A DNA stretch of 64,000 nt from an uncultured Mycobacterium sp. (GTDB lineage Bacteria; Actinomycetota; Actinomycetes; Mycobacteriales; Mycobacteriaceae): positions 72,349 to 136,348 of the forward strand of contig CAZKUK010000004.1 in assembly GCA_964555915.1 (NCBI GenBank). The letters are read 5' to 3'. Made by a program: the position numbers and the translations under genes. The notes under the pieces are model-generated. The model did not search any database, was not told the origin of the DNA, and saw nothing but the letters and a program-made list of their open reading frames with translations. This document shows, one piece after another, positions 1 to 12,142 of this stretch. Each line of letters opens with the position of its first letter. Positions within the stretch are counted from its first letter, which is position 1.

Positions 1-1338
1 ATAGTCCGGTTTTCGCGGCAGCCCGTCTTCGAACACCACCAGCGAACCCACCACGTCGGTGCCCTGCACGTGGCTGATGTCGACACATTCGATCCGCAGC
101 GGCGCCTGCACCAGACCGAGTGCCTCCTGAATGTTCTGCAACGCAGCCGATCTCGCCGTGAAATCCCCGGCCCGCTTGAGCTTGTGCTGATGCAGCGCCT
201 CCAGGGCGTTGCGGTGCACTGTCTCAGCCAGTGCGCGTTTGTCGCCGCGCTGGGGCACCCGCAGCGCGACCCGGGAGCCGCGCAGTCCGGACAGCCACGC
301 GGCCAGTTCGTCGGCGTTTGCCGGTAGCTGCGGGACCAGCACTTCCCGCGGAACCGGATTGGCGGCCTCGTCGGCGGCACCGTTGAGTTCGGCCTGTTCC
401 CCGTAGAACTGCGTGATGAACTGCTCCACCAGGGCGGCCTGGCTGGACTCGCCGGGGTCACCGGGTTTTTCGACCACCCATCCGCGCTGGCCCCGCACCC
501 GGCCGCCGCGGACGTGGAACACCTGGACCGCGGCCTCGAGATCGTCGTCGGCGAAGGCCACCACATCGGCATCGGTGCCGTCGCCGAGAACCACCGCCTG
601 CTTCTCCAGGGCCCGCTTGAGCGCACCGAGATCGTCGCGCAGGCGGGCGGCCCGCTCGAAGTCGAGTTGTTCGGCCGCCGCATTCATCTGACGTTCCAGG
701 TCGCGGGCGAATCGGTCGGTCCTGCCGGCGAGGAAGTCGCAGAAGTTGGTCACGATCGCCCGGTGCTGCTGGGCGGTCACTCGCCCCACACAGGGGGCCG
801 AGCACTTGTCGATGTAGCCGAGCAGACAGGGCCGTTCGATCTGACTGTGCCGTTTGAACACCCCTGCCGAACACGTGCGAGCGGGGAAGACCCTGGTCAG
901 CAGGTCCAGGGTCTCGCGGATGGCCCAGGCGTGCGAGTACGGACCGAAGTAGCGCACCCCCTTGCGGCGTGGTCCCCGGTAGACCGTCAGCCGCGGGAAC
1001 TCCTCGTTGAGGGTGACCGCGAGAACCGGATAGGTCTTGTCGTCCCGGTAGCGGACGTTGAATCTCGGATCGAACTCCTTGATCCAGTTGTATTCCAGCT
1101 GCAGGGCCTCCACCTCGGTGGCCACCACCGTCCACTCGACGTTCGCCGCGGTGGTGACCATCTGACGAGTCCGCGGATGCAGGCCCGCGATATCAGCGAA
1201 ATATGAAGTCAGGCGGCTGCGCAGGTTCTTGGCTTTGCCGACGTAGATGACTCGGCCGTGCGCATCCGAGAACCGGTACACACCCGGCTCAACAGGTATG
1301 GCGCCTGGCGCCGGGCGGTACGTCGCGGGATCAGGCAC
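1..1338 (-). CDS. uvrC: Excinuclease ABC subunit C (5' part; runs off left edge)
   Basis: Manual translation from GTG at 1338: [43 protein letters not shown] (GIY-YIG domain), then [13 protein letters not shown] and RIECVDISH. Not in the ORF track because its stop is outside the window. Confidence 0.97.
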   Translation of the reverse strand, partial: MPDPATYRPAPGAIPVEPGVYRFSDAHGRVIYVGKAKNLRSRLTSYFADIAGLHPRTRQMVTTAANVEWTVVATEVEALQLEYNWIKEFDPRFNVRYRDDKTYPVLAVTLNEEFPRLTVYRGPRRKGVRYFGPYSHAWAIRETLDLLTRVFPARTCSAGVFKRHSQIERPCLLGYIDKCSAPCVGRVTAQQHRAIVTNFCDFLAGRTDRFARDLERQMNAAAEQLDFERAARLRDDLGALKRALEKQAVVLGDGTDADVVAFADDDLEAAVQVFHVRGGRVRGQRGWVVEKPGDPGESSQAALVEQFITQFYGEQAELNGAADEAANPVPREVLVPQLPANADELAAWLSGLRGSRVALRVPQRGDKRALAETVHRNALEALHQHKLKRAGDFTARSAALQNIQEALGLVQAPLRIECVDISHVQGTDVVGSLVVFEDGLPRKPDY

Positions 1339-1384
1339 AGGCTTCAGGCTAGTACCGGCCCGCACCCCCGCGACCGGCGCCGGA

Positions 1385-3625
<2,241 letters not shown>

Positions 3626-3668
3626 CGTTGCCGCCTGCCCGTCACACCCGCAGCCGCCGTGATCCCTG

Positions 3669-3821
3669 ACTGGGGTTTTCCGATGGACTCCCTGGTGATA
3701 GTCCCGGAACCAGTATGGACCACCGGCCATTGCCGGTTATCGCCCGTTGCGCACCGAACCCGTCGGTCAACGCAATGCGCTTGCTGACCGGCGACATCGG
3801 AGCGCACGGCAGCTTAACGGG
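3669..3821 (-). promoter_or_regulatory. Candidate structured 5' leader of ribBA (three hairpins) with TAAGCT -10-like hexamer
   Basis: Complementary arms read directly: 3749-3805 long interrupted stem, 3722-3737 ACCGGC/GCCGGT, 3669-3714 three 5-bp helices. TAAGCT at 3817-3812 on the minus strand. Confidence 0.45.
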
Positions 3822-3832
3822 AAATGAATCCT

Positions 3833-3857
3833 CGGTGCCCGAAGGGTTTCGGCACCG
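3833..3857. other. Inverted repeat CGGTGCC-C-GAA-GGGT-TTC-GGCACCG in the divergent ribBA/mgtE region
   Basis: 7-bp + 3-bp stem seen in sequence; function unknown. Confidence 0.4.
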
Positions 3858-3890
3858 CGCCGCCGGCGCGCCGCTCCCGGCCAGGTAGCC

Positions 3891-4088
3891 ATGTCATTCC
3901 CGCAGCAAGCCGGACTGCCGCCGACACCTCGGCCCCGCCGGCCGCCTACCCCGCGTGCCCGAGGCCGCCATCCGGAGGCCCTGTCGCGAACCCCGGTCGT
4001 GATTACGCTGATCGTTGCCGCGAGACCGGCACTCGGAGCACCGCCCAACCTGACCGCAAACCCGCACGTAAATCAATCACGGAGGTAA
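3891..4088 (+). CDS. Candidate proline-rich leader peptide (uORF) of mgtE
   Basis: 65 codons, 14 Pro, 8 of them in the first 21 codons (LPPTPRPRRPPTPR). TAA at 4086-4088 directly follows the mgtE SD GGAGG (4081-4085). Its own SD is weak. Confidence 0.3.
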   Translation: MSFPQQAGLPPTPRPRRPPTPRARGRHPEALSRTPVVITLIVAARPALGAPPNLTANPHVNQSRR

Positions 4089-4093
4089 CGACC

Positions 4094-5479
4094 ATGGACC
4101 GACCCGGGGTCGACGTCAGCGTACTGGGCGTGCTGCCGATCCGGGCTACCGAACTGAGTTCCGCCGATGCCGTCGAGCAGTGGCTGCGGTCGGCCGGTTC
4201 CGCCGAGCGAAGCCGCCAGCTGGCGCCCATGTCCCGCGATGAGCTGGCCGATTTCGTGTCATTGCTGAACTCCACGACCGGCCCGGAGCTGCTCGGCTCG
4301 GTCGATCCAGATCTGGCGGCCGAGGTCGTCCGGTCGACCAGCGTTGCGCAGGCGGCCGGCTGGCTGGAAAAAGTCGATCCCGATCTCGGCGCGGAAATCC
4401 TTCGGGCAGCACCGAATTCGACCGTCAAGTCGCTACTCGCCCAGATCGGCCCGGAAAACTCCCGGACACTGCAGGAAATCCTTCGGTGCCCCCCGCGATC
4501 GGTCTCGGCGCACATCCTGCCGGACGTGTTCACCGTCACCGAGACGATGACCGCGGCTGGTGCCGAAGCCGCGGTGCGGTCCCAAAGCGTGCACGTGCGA
4601 GGCCGGGCCCGTGCTGATGCCTACATCTATGTCACCGACGATGAACGTCGGTTGACCGGGCTACTGGAATTCCAGGACCTGGTGCTCGCCGAACCCGACC
4701 GGATCATCTCGGAATTGATGCGCGCCGAACCGCTGGCGGCCGGCCCACTCATCGATGCCGAGGAGGCGGCCAAAGCACTGATCGACCACGAGCTGGCTGC
4801 GCTGCCGGTGGTGGACGACGACCGTAGGCTCCTCGGGGTCCTCACCGCCGACGTCGCCACCGATATCCTCAACCGGCAGACCACTGAGGATGCCGAACGC
4901 CAGGGCGGCTCGGAGCCGCTCGAAGTCCCGTACCTGCGGGCTTCCCCGCTGAGGCTGTGGCGTAAGCGGATCGTCTGGCTGCTGGTGCTCTTCCTGGCTG
5001 AGGCCTACACCGGGACCGTGCTGCGGGCATTCCAGGACGAGATGGAAGCCGTCGTAGCGCTGGCCTTCTTCATCCCCCTGCTCATCGGAACCGGTGGTAA
5101 CACCGGCACCCAGATCACCACCACCCTGGTGCGGGCGCTCGCAACCGACGAGGTGCGGCTCCGTGACCTACCGCGAATCCTGTCCAAGGAGATGTCGACG
5201 GGGTTCCTCATCGCGGGAACCATGGCGCTGGCAGCCCTTATCCGGGCATGGACACTCGGGGTGGGAATGGAGGTGACCATCACGGTATGTCTGACCATCG
5301 CGGCGATCGTGCTGTGGTCATCGCTGGTGGCGTCGGTACTGCCGCCCACCCTGAAGAAGCTCCGACTGGATCCCGCGGTTGTTTCCGCACCCATGATCGC
5401 GACCGTCGTGGACGGCACCGGGCTGATGATCTATTTCATGATCGCCCACCTGACCCTGCCCCAACTGGCGGGCCTCTAG
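4094..5479 (+). CDS. mgtE: Magnesium transporter MgtE
   Basis: Helical N domain, CBS pair (YIYVTDDERRLTG, LPVVDDDRRLLG), TM motifs FFIPLLIGTGGNTG and DPAVVSAPMIATVVDGTG. GGAGG 8 nt before ATG 4094. Confidence 0.95.
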   Translation: MDRPGVDVSVLGVLPIRATELSSADAVEQWLRSAGSAERSRQLAPMSRDELADFVSLLNSTTGPELLGSVDPDLAAEVVRSTSVAQAAGWLEKVDPDLGAEILRAAPNSTVKSLLAQIGPENSRTLQEILRCPPRSVSAHILPDVFTVTETMTAAGAEAAVRSQSVHVRGRARADAYIYVTDDERRLTGLLEFQDLVLAEPDRIISELMRAEPLAAGPLIDAEEAAKALIDHELAALPVVDDDRRLLGVLTADVATDILNRQTTEDAERQGGSEPLEVPYLRASPLRLWRKRIVWLLVLFLAEAYTGTVLRAFQDEMEAVVALAFFIPLLIGTGGNTGTQITTTLVRALATDEVRLRDLPRILSKEMSTGFLIAGTMALAALIRAWTLGVGMEVTITVCLTIAAIVLWSSLVASVLPPTLKKLRLDPAVVSAPMIATVVDGTGLMIYFMIAHLTLPQLAGL

Positions 5480-5569
5480 ACGTTCATGTCAGCGCCCGGG
5501 CCTTCTGGCGAACCGGCGACACGATGAATGCGAGAACGCCGGGCCGAGCGGCTGCGGATCCAGCTGAAT

Positions 5570-6187
5570 TCAGACTGGCCGGTCCGCCGAGGGACCTCGC
5601 GCGGTGAGCAGCCGTTCCACATATTTCGCGATCACGTCGACCTCAAGGTTGACCGCTGCCCCCATGGGCGCATGCCCGAGCGTCGTCAGCGCCAGCGTGG
5701 TGGGAATCAGGGAGACCTCGAACCAGTCCTCGCCCAGGCCGGACACTGTCAACGAAACACCGTCGACCGTTATTGACCCTTTCTCCACCACGTAGCGGGA
5801 AATGCTGTGCGGCAGCGAAATTCGCACCACCTCCCAGTGCTGTGACGTTGACCGCGCGACCACCTCCCCGGTGCCGTCGACGTGGCCCTGCACGATATGC
5901 CCGCCCAGTCGGCTGTCCACGGCCGCCGCCCGTTCCAAGTTGACCTTGCTACCGGGGGCCAGCGCACCGAGGCTCGACCGGTTCAGGGTCTCGGCCATCA
6001 CATCGGCGCTGAACCGGCCGTCGGGCAGCGCCTCCAGAACCGTCAGACAAACCCCGTTGACGGCGATGGAGTCGCCGTGGCGGGTGCCTTCGGTGACGAC
6101 CGGTCCGCGGATGGTCAGCCGTGCCGCGTCCCCGAGATCGTCCAGGAGCACGATCTCACCGAGTTCCTCCACGATTCCGGTGAACAT
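5570..6187 (-). CDS. ribC: Riboflavin synthase alpha chain
   Basis: MFTGIVEE N-terminus, SIAVNGVCLTV, GGHIVQGHVD, NLEVDVIAKY. Confidence 0.98.
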   Translation of the reverse strand: MFTGIVEELGEIVLLDDLGDAARLTIRGPVVTEGTRHGDSIAVNGVCLTVLEALPDGRFSADVMAETLNRSSLGALAPGSKVNLERAAAVDSRLGGHIVQGHVDGTGEVVARSTSQHWEVVRISLPHSISRYVVEKGSITVDGVSLTVSGLGEDWFEVSLIPTTLALTTLGHAPMGAAVNLEVDVIAKYVERLLTARGPSADRPV

Positions 6188-6196
6188 CGTCCCAAT

Positions 6197-6691
6197 CTAG
6201 CGGGATTGATCCAGCCGCTTCTCACCGTGAAACGCCGCGGCCGGATTGTTGTTGAAGTTCGGGACCCGCCGATAGCCGCGGGCCTCGTAGAACGCCTGGG
6301 CGTGGGGTTGGCGCGAACCGGTGTCCAGCCGGGCTATCCGGTAGCCCAGGCCACGGGCGGCATCCTCGAGGGCACCCAGCAGCGCACCGGCCACCCCGGC
6401 CCTCCTGGCCTCCGGCACCACGTACATCCGCTTGATCTCGCAGGTACCATCGGGCAGCCGTTTGATTCCACCCCCGCATACCGGGATGCCGTCGCGATAA
6501 CCGACCAGGAACGTCCCGTCGGGCGGACCGAGTTCGGCGGGGCCTGCCCTGGGCATCCAGGGGGCGTCGAGATCCAGGCCGTCGTACAGATCGCGCATCT
6601 CGGCGACCATCGCCGACACCAGGGCGGCGGCATCGCCGGTATCCACGGCGCTAGGCCGAAATTCCAGCTCATCGGGCACAGAAACACTCAT
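6197..6691 (-). CDS. GNAT family N-acetyltransferase
   Basis: EIKRMYVVPEARRAGVA acetyl-CoA motif, LDTGSRQPHAQAFYEARGY. Start could be 6691 or 6697. Confidence 0.88.
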   Translation of the reverse strand: MSVSVPDELEFRPSAVDTGDAAALVSAMVAEMRDLYDGLDLDAPWMPRAGPAELGPPDGTFLVGYRDGIPVCGGGIKRLPDGTCEIKRMYVVPEARRAGVAGALLGALEDAARGLGYRIARLDTGSRQPHAQAFYEARGYRRVPNFNNNPAAAFHGEKRLDQSR

Positions 6692-6765
6692 ACCCATGCG
6701 GTGCCCCCGGCACAACCCAGGCCTCATCGGCCGGGCTCTGATGATCCGACCACTACGATGCAGCT

Positions 6766-7458
6766 ATGTCGATGTTCCGCCGAGCCTTTGCCGTGTTTGC
6801 CGCGCTTCTCGCCGCCGCCCTGCTGGTGTCGGGTTGTTCGAAGAAAGCAGAAGAACCGCTGCCGGATGCCGCAGGCCTGATCAACCAGTCCATCGCGACC
6901 ACCAAAACCCTCAAGAGCGCGCACCTCGAGATCGTCGTCAACGGCACGATCGACGGGCTGCCGGTGAAAACCCTCTCGGGGGATCTGACCAACGTGCCGG
7001 GTGTGGCCATCAAGGGCAGTTCCACGATCTCGATGGGAGGATCCGACGTCGATATCGAACTCGTGGTTCTCGAGGGCACGCTGTACGCGGCGCTGACCCC
7101 GAACAGCTGGCTGGACATGGGCCCGGCGGCCGACGTCTATGACCCGTCGGTGATCCTCAACCCCGACACCGGGCTGGCCAACATGTTGGCCAGCGTCACG
7201 GAGCCCAAGTCAGCCGGCTTCGCGACCATTGACGGCGTGCCCACCGTGAAGATCACCGGCAAGGTCGGCCCCGAAGCGGTCAACAATCTCATCCCCCAAC
7301 TCAACGCGACCGGCGATCTGCCGGCGACGGTGTGGATCGAAAAGGACGCGCCCAATCAGCTGGTGCAGGCCCAGATCGACCAGAGTGAGGGCAATAACGT
7401 CCAGCTGACGCTGTCCGACTGGGATAAGCCCGTCACCGTCACCAAGCCGGCGGTCTGA
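6766..7458 (+). CDS. lprG: LppX/LprAFG family lipoprotein LprG
   Basis: Lipobox [32 protein letters not shown]. Stop overlaps the P55 start. Confidence 0.93.
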   Translation: MSMFRRAFAVFAALLAAALLVSGCSKKAEEPLPDAAGLINQSIATTKTLKSAHLEIVVNGTIDGLPVKTLSGDLTNVPGVAIKGSSTISMGGSDVDIELVVLEGTLYAALTPNSWLDMGPAADVYDPSVILNPDTGLANMLASVTEPKSAGFATIDGVPTVKITGKVGPEAVNNLIPQLNATGDLPATVWIEKDAPNQLVQAQIDQSEGNNVQLTLSDWDKPVTVTKPAV

Positions 7459-9053
7459 TGCCGGAGGCCGCGATAGCCGAGGCGGCGCAGATCCCCGGAC
7501 GCAGCCGGCGGATCGCGATCGGAGCCGGCAGCCTCGCAGTGCTGCTCGGAGCGCTCGACACCTATGTCGTCGTCACGATCATGGTCGACATCATGCGTGA
7601 TATCGGCATCCCGATAAACAAACTTCAGCAGGTCACACCAATCATCACCTGGTATCTGCTGGGCTATATCGCGGCCATGCCGCTGCTGGGTCGGTTGTCC
7701 GACCGGTTCGGCCGCAAGCTGGTGCTGCAGCTGAGCCTGGCCGGGTTCGCGCTCGGCTCGGTGGTCACCGCGCTGTCCAGTGACCTCACCACGATGGTGA
7801 TCGGCCGGCTGATCCAGGGGATGGCCAGCGGCGCCCTGCTGCCGGTGACGCTGGCACTAGCCGCCGATCTGTGGTCGGCCCGCAACCGGGCCGCCGTCCT
7901 CGGCGGGATCGGCGCGGCCCAGGAACTGGGCAGCGTGCTCGGACCTCTCTATGGAATCGGCGTGGTGTGGCTGCTCAACACCTGGCGCGATGTGTTCTGG
8001 ATCAACGTGCCGCTCAGCCTGATCGCAATGGTGCTCATTCATATCAGCCTGCCGGGCCACACACGCAGTTCCGAGCCCGAACGCGTCGATGTCGTCGGCG
8101 GTGTGCTGCTGGCGATCGCGCTCGGCCTGGCGGTCTGGGGGTTGTACAACCCTGCCCCGGACGGAAAGCAGATACTGCCCAGCTACGGGCTGCCCCTGCT
8201 GGGCGGTGCGGTGCTCGTGGCGATCGCGTTCGTGGTGTGGGAGCGGTTCGCCCGGACCAGGCTCATCGAACCCGCCGGCGTGCGGGCGGTCCCGTTCCTG
8301 GCCGCGCTGGGCACCTCGGCCTGCGCGGGTGCCGCCCTGATGGTGACACTAGTCAACGTCGAGCTGTTCGGGCAGGGTGTGCTGGGCAAGGACCAGGTGG
8401 GCGCCGCGTTCCTGCTGCTGCACTTCCTGGTCGCACTGCCGATCGGCGCGCTGGCGGGGGGCTGGCTGGCCATCCGGATCGGTGACCGGGTGGTGGCCGT
8501 CGTCGGCATGCTGATAGCCGGGTTCGCCTACTGGCTGGTGTCGCACTGGAACCTGGACGTCATGTCAGCCCGTCACCACCTCGGGCCGGTATCACTGCCG
8601 GTCTTCGATACCGATCTCGCGCTGGCCGGAATCGGGCTGGGCCTGGTGATCGGCCCGCTGACCTCGGCTGCGCTTCGCGTGGTCCCGGCAGCCCAGCACG
8701 GTATCGCCTCCTCGCTGGTGGTGGTGGCCCGGATGACCGGGATGCTGATCGGCGTCGCCGGCCTGACGGCCTGGGGCCTCTACCGGTTCAACCAGATCCT
8801 GGCCACCCTGCCGACCACCCAGGCCGACACCCTGGCGGCCAAGGTCGCCGGGGAGGCTCAGCGCTATCGCACCGCATTCGCCATGCAGTACGGCTCGATC
8901 TTCTTTATCACCATGATCGTGTGTCTGGCCGGGGCGGCGATCGCACTGCTGATCGGGGCCCGCGGGACCCACGCCATCGAGAACGACACGGAGGATGAGC
9001 GCCCTGAGGTCAATTGGCCCAAGCCTTCGTCGGGCACCCCGGCGGATCGGTAA
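7458..9053 (+). CDS. MFS transporter P55 (Rv1410c-like), LprG partner
   Basis: 14-TM MFS protein with [11 protein letters not shown] and [10 protein letters not shown]; translationally coupled to lprG. Confidence 0.93.
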   Translation: MPEAAIAEAAQIPGRSRRIAIGAGSLAVLLGALDTYVVVTIMVDIMRDIGIPINKLQQVTPIITWYLLGYIAAMPLLGRLSDRFGRKLVLQLSLAGFALGSVVTALSSDLTTMVIGRLIQGMASGALLPVTLALAADLWSARNRAAVLGGIGAAQELGSVLGPLYGIGVVWLLNTWRDVFWINVPLSLIAMVLIHISLPGHTRSSEPERVDVVGGVLLAIALGLAVWGLYNPAPDGKQILPSYGLPLLGGAVLVAIAFVVWERFARTRLIEPAGVRAVPFLAALGTSACAGAALMVTLVNVELFGQGVLGKDQVGAAFLLLHFLVALPIGALAGGWLAIRIGDRVVAVVGMLIAGFAYWLVSHWNLDVMSARHHLGPVSLPVFDTDLALAGIGLGLVIGPLTSAALRVVPAAQHGIASSLVVVARMTGMLIGVAGLTAWGLYRFNQILATLPTTQADTLAAKVAGEAQRYRTAFAMQYGSIFFITMIVCLAGAAIALLIGARGTHAIENDTEDERPEVNWPKPSSGTPADR

Positions 9054-9077
9054 CCTCACCCACATGCCGGGAACGAC

Positions 9078-10115
9078 GTGCTGACCGCGGCGCTGCGTGA
9101 TTTGCAGTGGCGCAAGCGCCGGTTCGTCATCGCGATCGTCGGGACCGGACTGGTGTTCGCGATGACCCTCGTCCTGACCGGTCTCGCCAACGGCTTCCGG
9201 GTGGAGGCCACCCGAACCGTCGATTCCCTGGGTGTCGACGCCTATCTGGTGAAATCGGGTGCCACCGGCCCGTTTCTGGGATCGTCAGCCTTCGCCGCCA
9301 CCAAACTTCAGGTTCCCGGGGTGTCGATAGCGGTGCCATTGGTCTATGGCAGCGCCACAATGCCCGACGGAGCCTCGGCGCGCAGCGTCAACGTCTTCGG
9401 GGCACCGGTGCGCGGTCCGGGGATGCCCGCGGTGTCAGAGGGCCGCCCCCCATCCGAACCGCACGAGGCCGCAGTCTCCAGCACCATGGGCAAACCGATC
9501 GGCAATACCGTCGAGGTGGGTTCGCGCAATCTGCAGATCGTGGGGATCGTCGACGACTCGACGGCGCTGGCCGGACAACCGAATGTATTTCTCACCGTCA
9601 CCGGAGCGCAGACCCTGCTGTTCTCCGGTCAGTCGCTGATCTCCTCCATCGGGGTGATCGACCCGCCGGAGCGCACTCCGAGTGGTTTCAAGCTGGTCAG
9701 CCGGGCCGGGGCGATCGACGACCTGCTGCGGGCGCTCAGCGGTGCCCGGCAGGCGATGAGCCTGATGGCCGGCCTGCTGTGGGTGGTGGCCGCGATGATC
9801 GTCGGTTCGATGATCTACATGTCGGCGCTGGAACGAACCCGCGACTTCGCCGTCTTCAAAGCGGTCGGGGTACCGACCCGCTCCATCCTGGTCGGGCTGG
9901 CCATGCAGGCGATCATCGTCGCCGTGTTGTCCGCCGTTCTGGGCGGCGCGCTGTCAATTCTGCTCGGACCGCTGTTCCCGATGCGGGTGGACGTTCCGCA
10001 AATCGCTTTCGTGCTCTTGCCTGTCGTTGCGGTTACCATCGGGGTCATGGCCAGCCTCGCCGGCCTGCGCCGGGCCGTGGTCGTCGATCCGGCAGTGGCC
10101 TTCGGAGGACCTTAG
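9078..10115 (+). CDS. ABC transporter permease, FtsX/MacB-like (Rv2563/Rv0072 family)
   Basis: ALRDLQWRKRRFVIAIVGTGLVFAMTLVL N-terminus; SALERTRDFAVFKAVG; C-terminal DPAVAFGGP. Confidence 0.88.
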   Translation: MLTAALRDLQWRKRRFVIAIVGTGLVFAMTLVLTGLANGFRVEATRTVDSLGVDAYLVKSGATGPFLGSSAFAATKLQVPGVSIAVPLVYGSATMPDGASARSVNVFGAPVRGPGMPAVSEGRPPSEPHEAAVSSTMGKPIGNTVEVGSRNLQIVGIVDDSTALAGQPNVFLTVTGAQTLLFSGQSLISSIGVIDPPERTPSGFKLVSRAGAIDDLLRALSGARQAMSLMAGLLWVVAAMIVGSMIYMSALERTRDFAVFKAVGVPTRSILVGLAMQAIIVAVLSAVLGGALSILLGPLFPMRVDVPQIAFVLLPVVAVTIGVMASLAGLRRAVVVDPAVAFGGP

Positions 10116-10119
10116 ATTC

Positions 10120-11115
10120 ATGTCTGACCTGCGAATTAAAGACCTTGTCGTGGAATATGCCAGCGGCCAGGAGACCGTACGCCCGATCAACGGGCTGAGC
10201 CTGGACGTCTCCGCGGGATCGCTGGCAATTCTGCTGGGACCCAGCGGATGCGGGAAGACGACGCTGCTGTCCTGCCTCGGCGGGATCCTGCACCCGACGG
10301 CGGGCCGGATCGAGTTCGGCGATATCGACCTGACCACGCTGGACCAGCGGGCGCTGTCGGAATACCGGCGCAACACCGTGGGCATCGTGTTTCAGGCATT
10401 CAATCTGGTGCCCAGCCTCACCGCGATCGAAAACGTGATGGTCCCCCTGCGGGCGGCCCGGTGGTCGCGCCGGAAGGCCCATGACCGTGCCGCCGAACTG
10501 CTGGACCGCGTCGGGCTCGCCGAGCGGGTACACCACCGGCCCGGGGACCTCAGCGGTGGGCAGCAGCAACGGGTCGCCGTGGCCCGCGCCATCGCCCTGG
10601 ACCCACCGCTGCTGATAGCCGACGAACCGACCGCCCACCTCGATTACATCCAGGTCGAAGGGGTGCTTCGGCTGATCCGGGAGCTGGCCTCCGGTGACCG
10701 GGTGGTCGTGGTGGCCACCCATGACACCCGGATGCTGCCACTGGCCGATCGCGTGGTGGAGTTGGTACCGCACCTCTCGGCGTCGACCCACGAACCGGAA
10801 ACCGTCGCGATTCGGGCAGACGAGACCCTGTTCGAGCAGGGCACCATGGGCGAGTCGATCTACGTGGTGTCCGACGGCGAGATCGAGATGGTCCGCGAAT
10901 TACCGGGCGGCGGTGAGGAACTCCTCAAAGTCGCGGGCCCCGGCGACTACTTCGGCGAATTCGGACCGCTGTTCGCCCTGCCCCGCAGCGCCACCGCGCG
11001 CGCGAAAACGCAGGCGACGTTGACCGCCTACACCGTCCAGCAATTCCGGGAATTATTGGGCGCCAGCGGATCCCGGGAGATCATTGAGCACAAGTCGCTG
11101 GACGAGGACGAGTAG
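10120..11115 (+). CDS. ABC ATP-binding protein with C-terminal cNMP-binding domain (Rv2564/Rv0073 family)
   Basis: GPSGCGKT, LSGGQQQ, ADEPT, ATHD, then LFEQGTMGESIYVV...GDYFGEFG...PRSATARA. Confidence 0.92.
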   Translation: MSDLRIKDLVVEYASGQETVRPINGLSLDVSAGSLAILLGPSGCGKTTLLSCLGGILHPTAGRIEFGDIDLTTLDQRALSEYRRNTVGIVFQAFNLVPSLTAIENVMVPLRAARWSRRKAHDRAAELLDRVGLAERVHHRPGDLSGGQQQRVAVARAIALDPPLLIADEPTAHLDYIQVEGVLRLIRELASGDRVVVVATHDTRMLPLADRVVELVPHLSASTHEPETVAIRADETLFEQGTMGESIYVVSDGEIEMVRELPGGGEELLKVAGPGDYFGEFGPLFALPRSATARAKTQATLTAYTVQQFRELLGASGSREIIEHKSLDEDE

Positions 11116-11122
11116 GGCCGAC

Positions 11123-12142
11123 TCAGTCAGCGGGAATCAGGCTGATCAGCAGATCCGGATCGATACGCCGGACACCGTCGTACCTCCAGCGCAGAGCACC
11201 CGCGATGCTGACGACTCCGACGTCATCGACGGCCGTGACCGGCCCGCCCAGCAAGATCGGTGCGACGTAGGCCAGAATCCGGTGCACCACCCCGGCCCGG
11301 AGGAAAGCCCCGGCCAGGGTGGGACCGCCCTCCACCAGGATGTCGGTACGGTCGGCCAGAGCCTGGATCACCTCGAGGGGGTCACGGGTCCTCAGTAGCA
11401 GGGTGGCCGAATCACCGCTGAGCACATTCGATTCCGGTGGAATCTCCCGTTCGCCGACGACAACCCGCAGCGGCTGCCGGGGCGCCAGACTCCCGTCCGG
11501 TAGCCGCGCGGTGAGACTCGGATCATCGGCGAAGACGGTCCCGGTGCCGACGATGATGGCGTCTGCCGCCGCCCGGCGCCGGTGCAGGTCCGTGCGCGCC
11601 TCCGCACTGGTGATCCATTGTGAGGACCCGTCAGCAGCAGCACTGCGGCCGTCGACGCTGGTGGCAAACTTCCATGTGACATGCGGTAACCCGGTGCGTT
11701 GCCGGTGCAGCCATTCCCGCAGCGATCCGCCGGCCACCTCTTCGGCATCCACGCCGACGCTCACCGCCACCCCGGCGGCCCCGAGCCGTCCGGCACCGCC
11801 GGACGCGACCGGGTTCGGATCGTCAACGGCGTACACGAGCGCTGAAATCCCTGCTGCCAGCAGCGCATCAACGCACGGCGGAGTGCGCCCGTGGTGGTTG
11901 CAGGGCTCCAACGTGACCACCGCGGTGCCGCCGGCCGCCCTCCCGCCCGCAGCCCGCAGAGCCACGACCTCCGCATGCGCTCCCCCGGCCGGCTCGGTCG
12001 CACCGACTCCGATGACATCCCCGTCGGCGCTGAGGATTACCGCACCCACCGGCGGATTCGGATACGTGGAACCCTTCACGGCCTCCGCGTGTTGGACGGC
12101 TAATCCCATGGCCGCCGAAATCCGCGCGGGTACGCGGGTCAT
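11123..12142 (-). CDS. ribD: Bifunctional riboflavin deaminase/reductase
   Basis: [34 protein letters not shown]. Confidence 0.96.
   Translation of the reverse strand: MTRVPARISAAMGLAVQHAEAVKGSTYPNPPVGAVILSADGDVIGVGATEPAGGAHAEVVALRAAGGRAAGGTAVVTLEPCNHHGRTPPCVDALLAAGISALVYAVDDPNPVASGGAGRLGAAGVAVSVGVDAEEVAGGSLREWLHRQRTGLPHVTWKFATSVDGRSAAADGSSQWITSAEARTDLHRRRAAADAIIVGTGTVFADDPSLTARLPDGSLAPRQPLRVVVGEREIPPESNVLSGDSATLLLRTRDPLEVIQALADRTDILVEGGPTLAGAFLRAGVVHRILAYVAPILLGGPVTAVDDVGVVSIAGALRWRYDGVRRIDPDLLISLIPAD

Noticed and set aside
1339-1384. LexA SOS box or PafBC motif upstream of uvrC (also checked before rarA)
   Set aside because: Neither TCGAAC-N4-GTTCGA nor TGTCGG-N10-TANNNT is present at the expected spacing.
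3824-4093. 90-aa N-terminal extension of MgtE from ATG 3824
   Set aside because: Low-complexity sequence, and a clear GGAGG precedes ATG 4094.
3626-4093. FMN riboswitch before ribBA or M-box riboswitch before mgtE
   Set aside because: I could not find the conserved segments of either element; an Rfam scan would be the decisive test.
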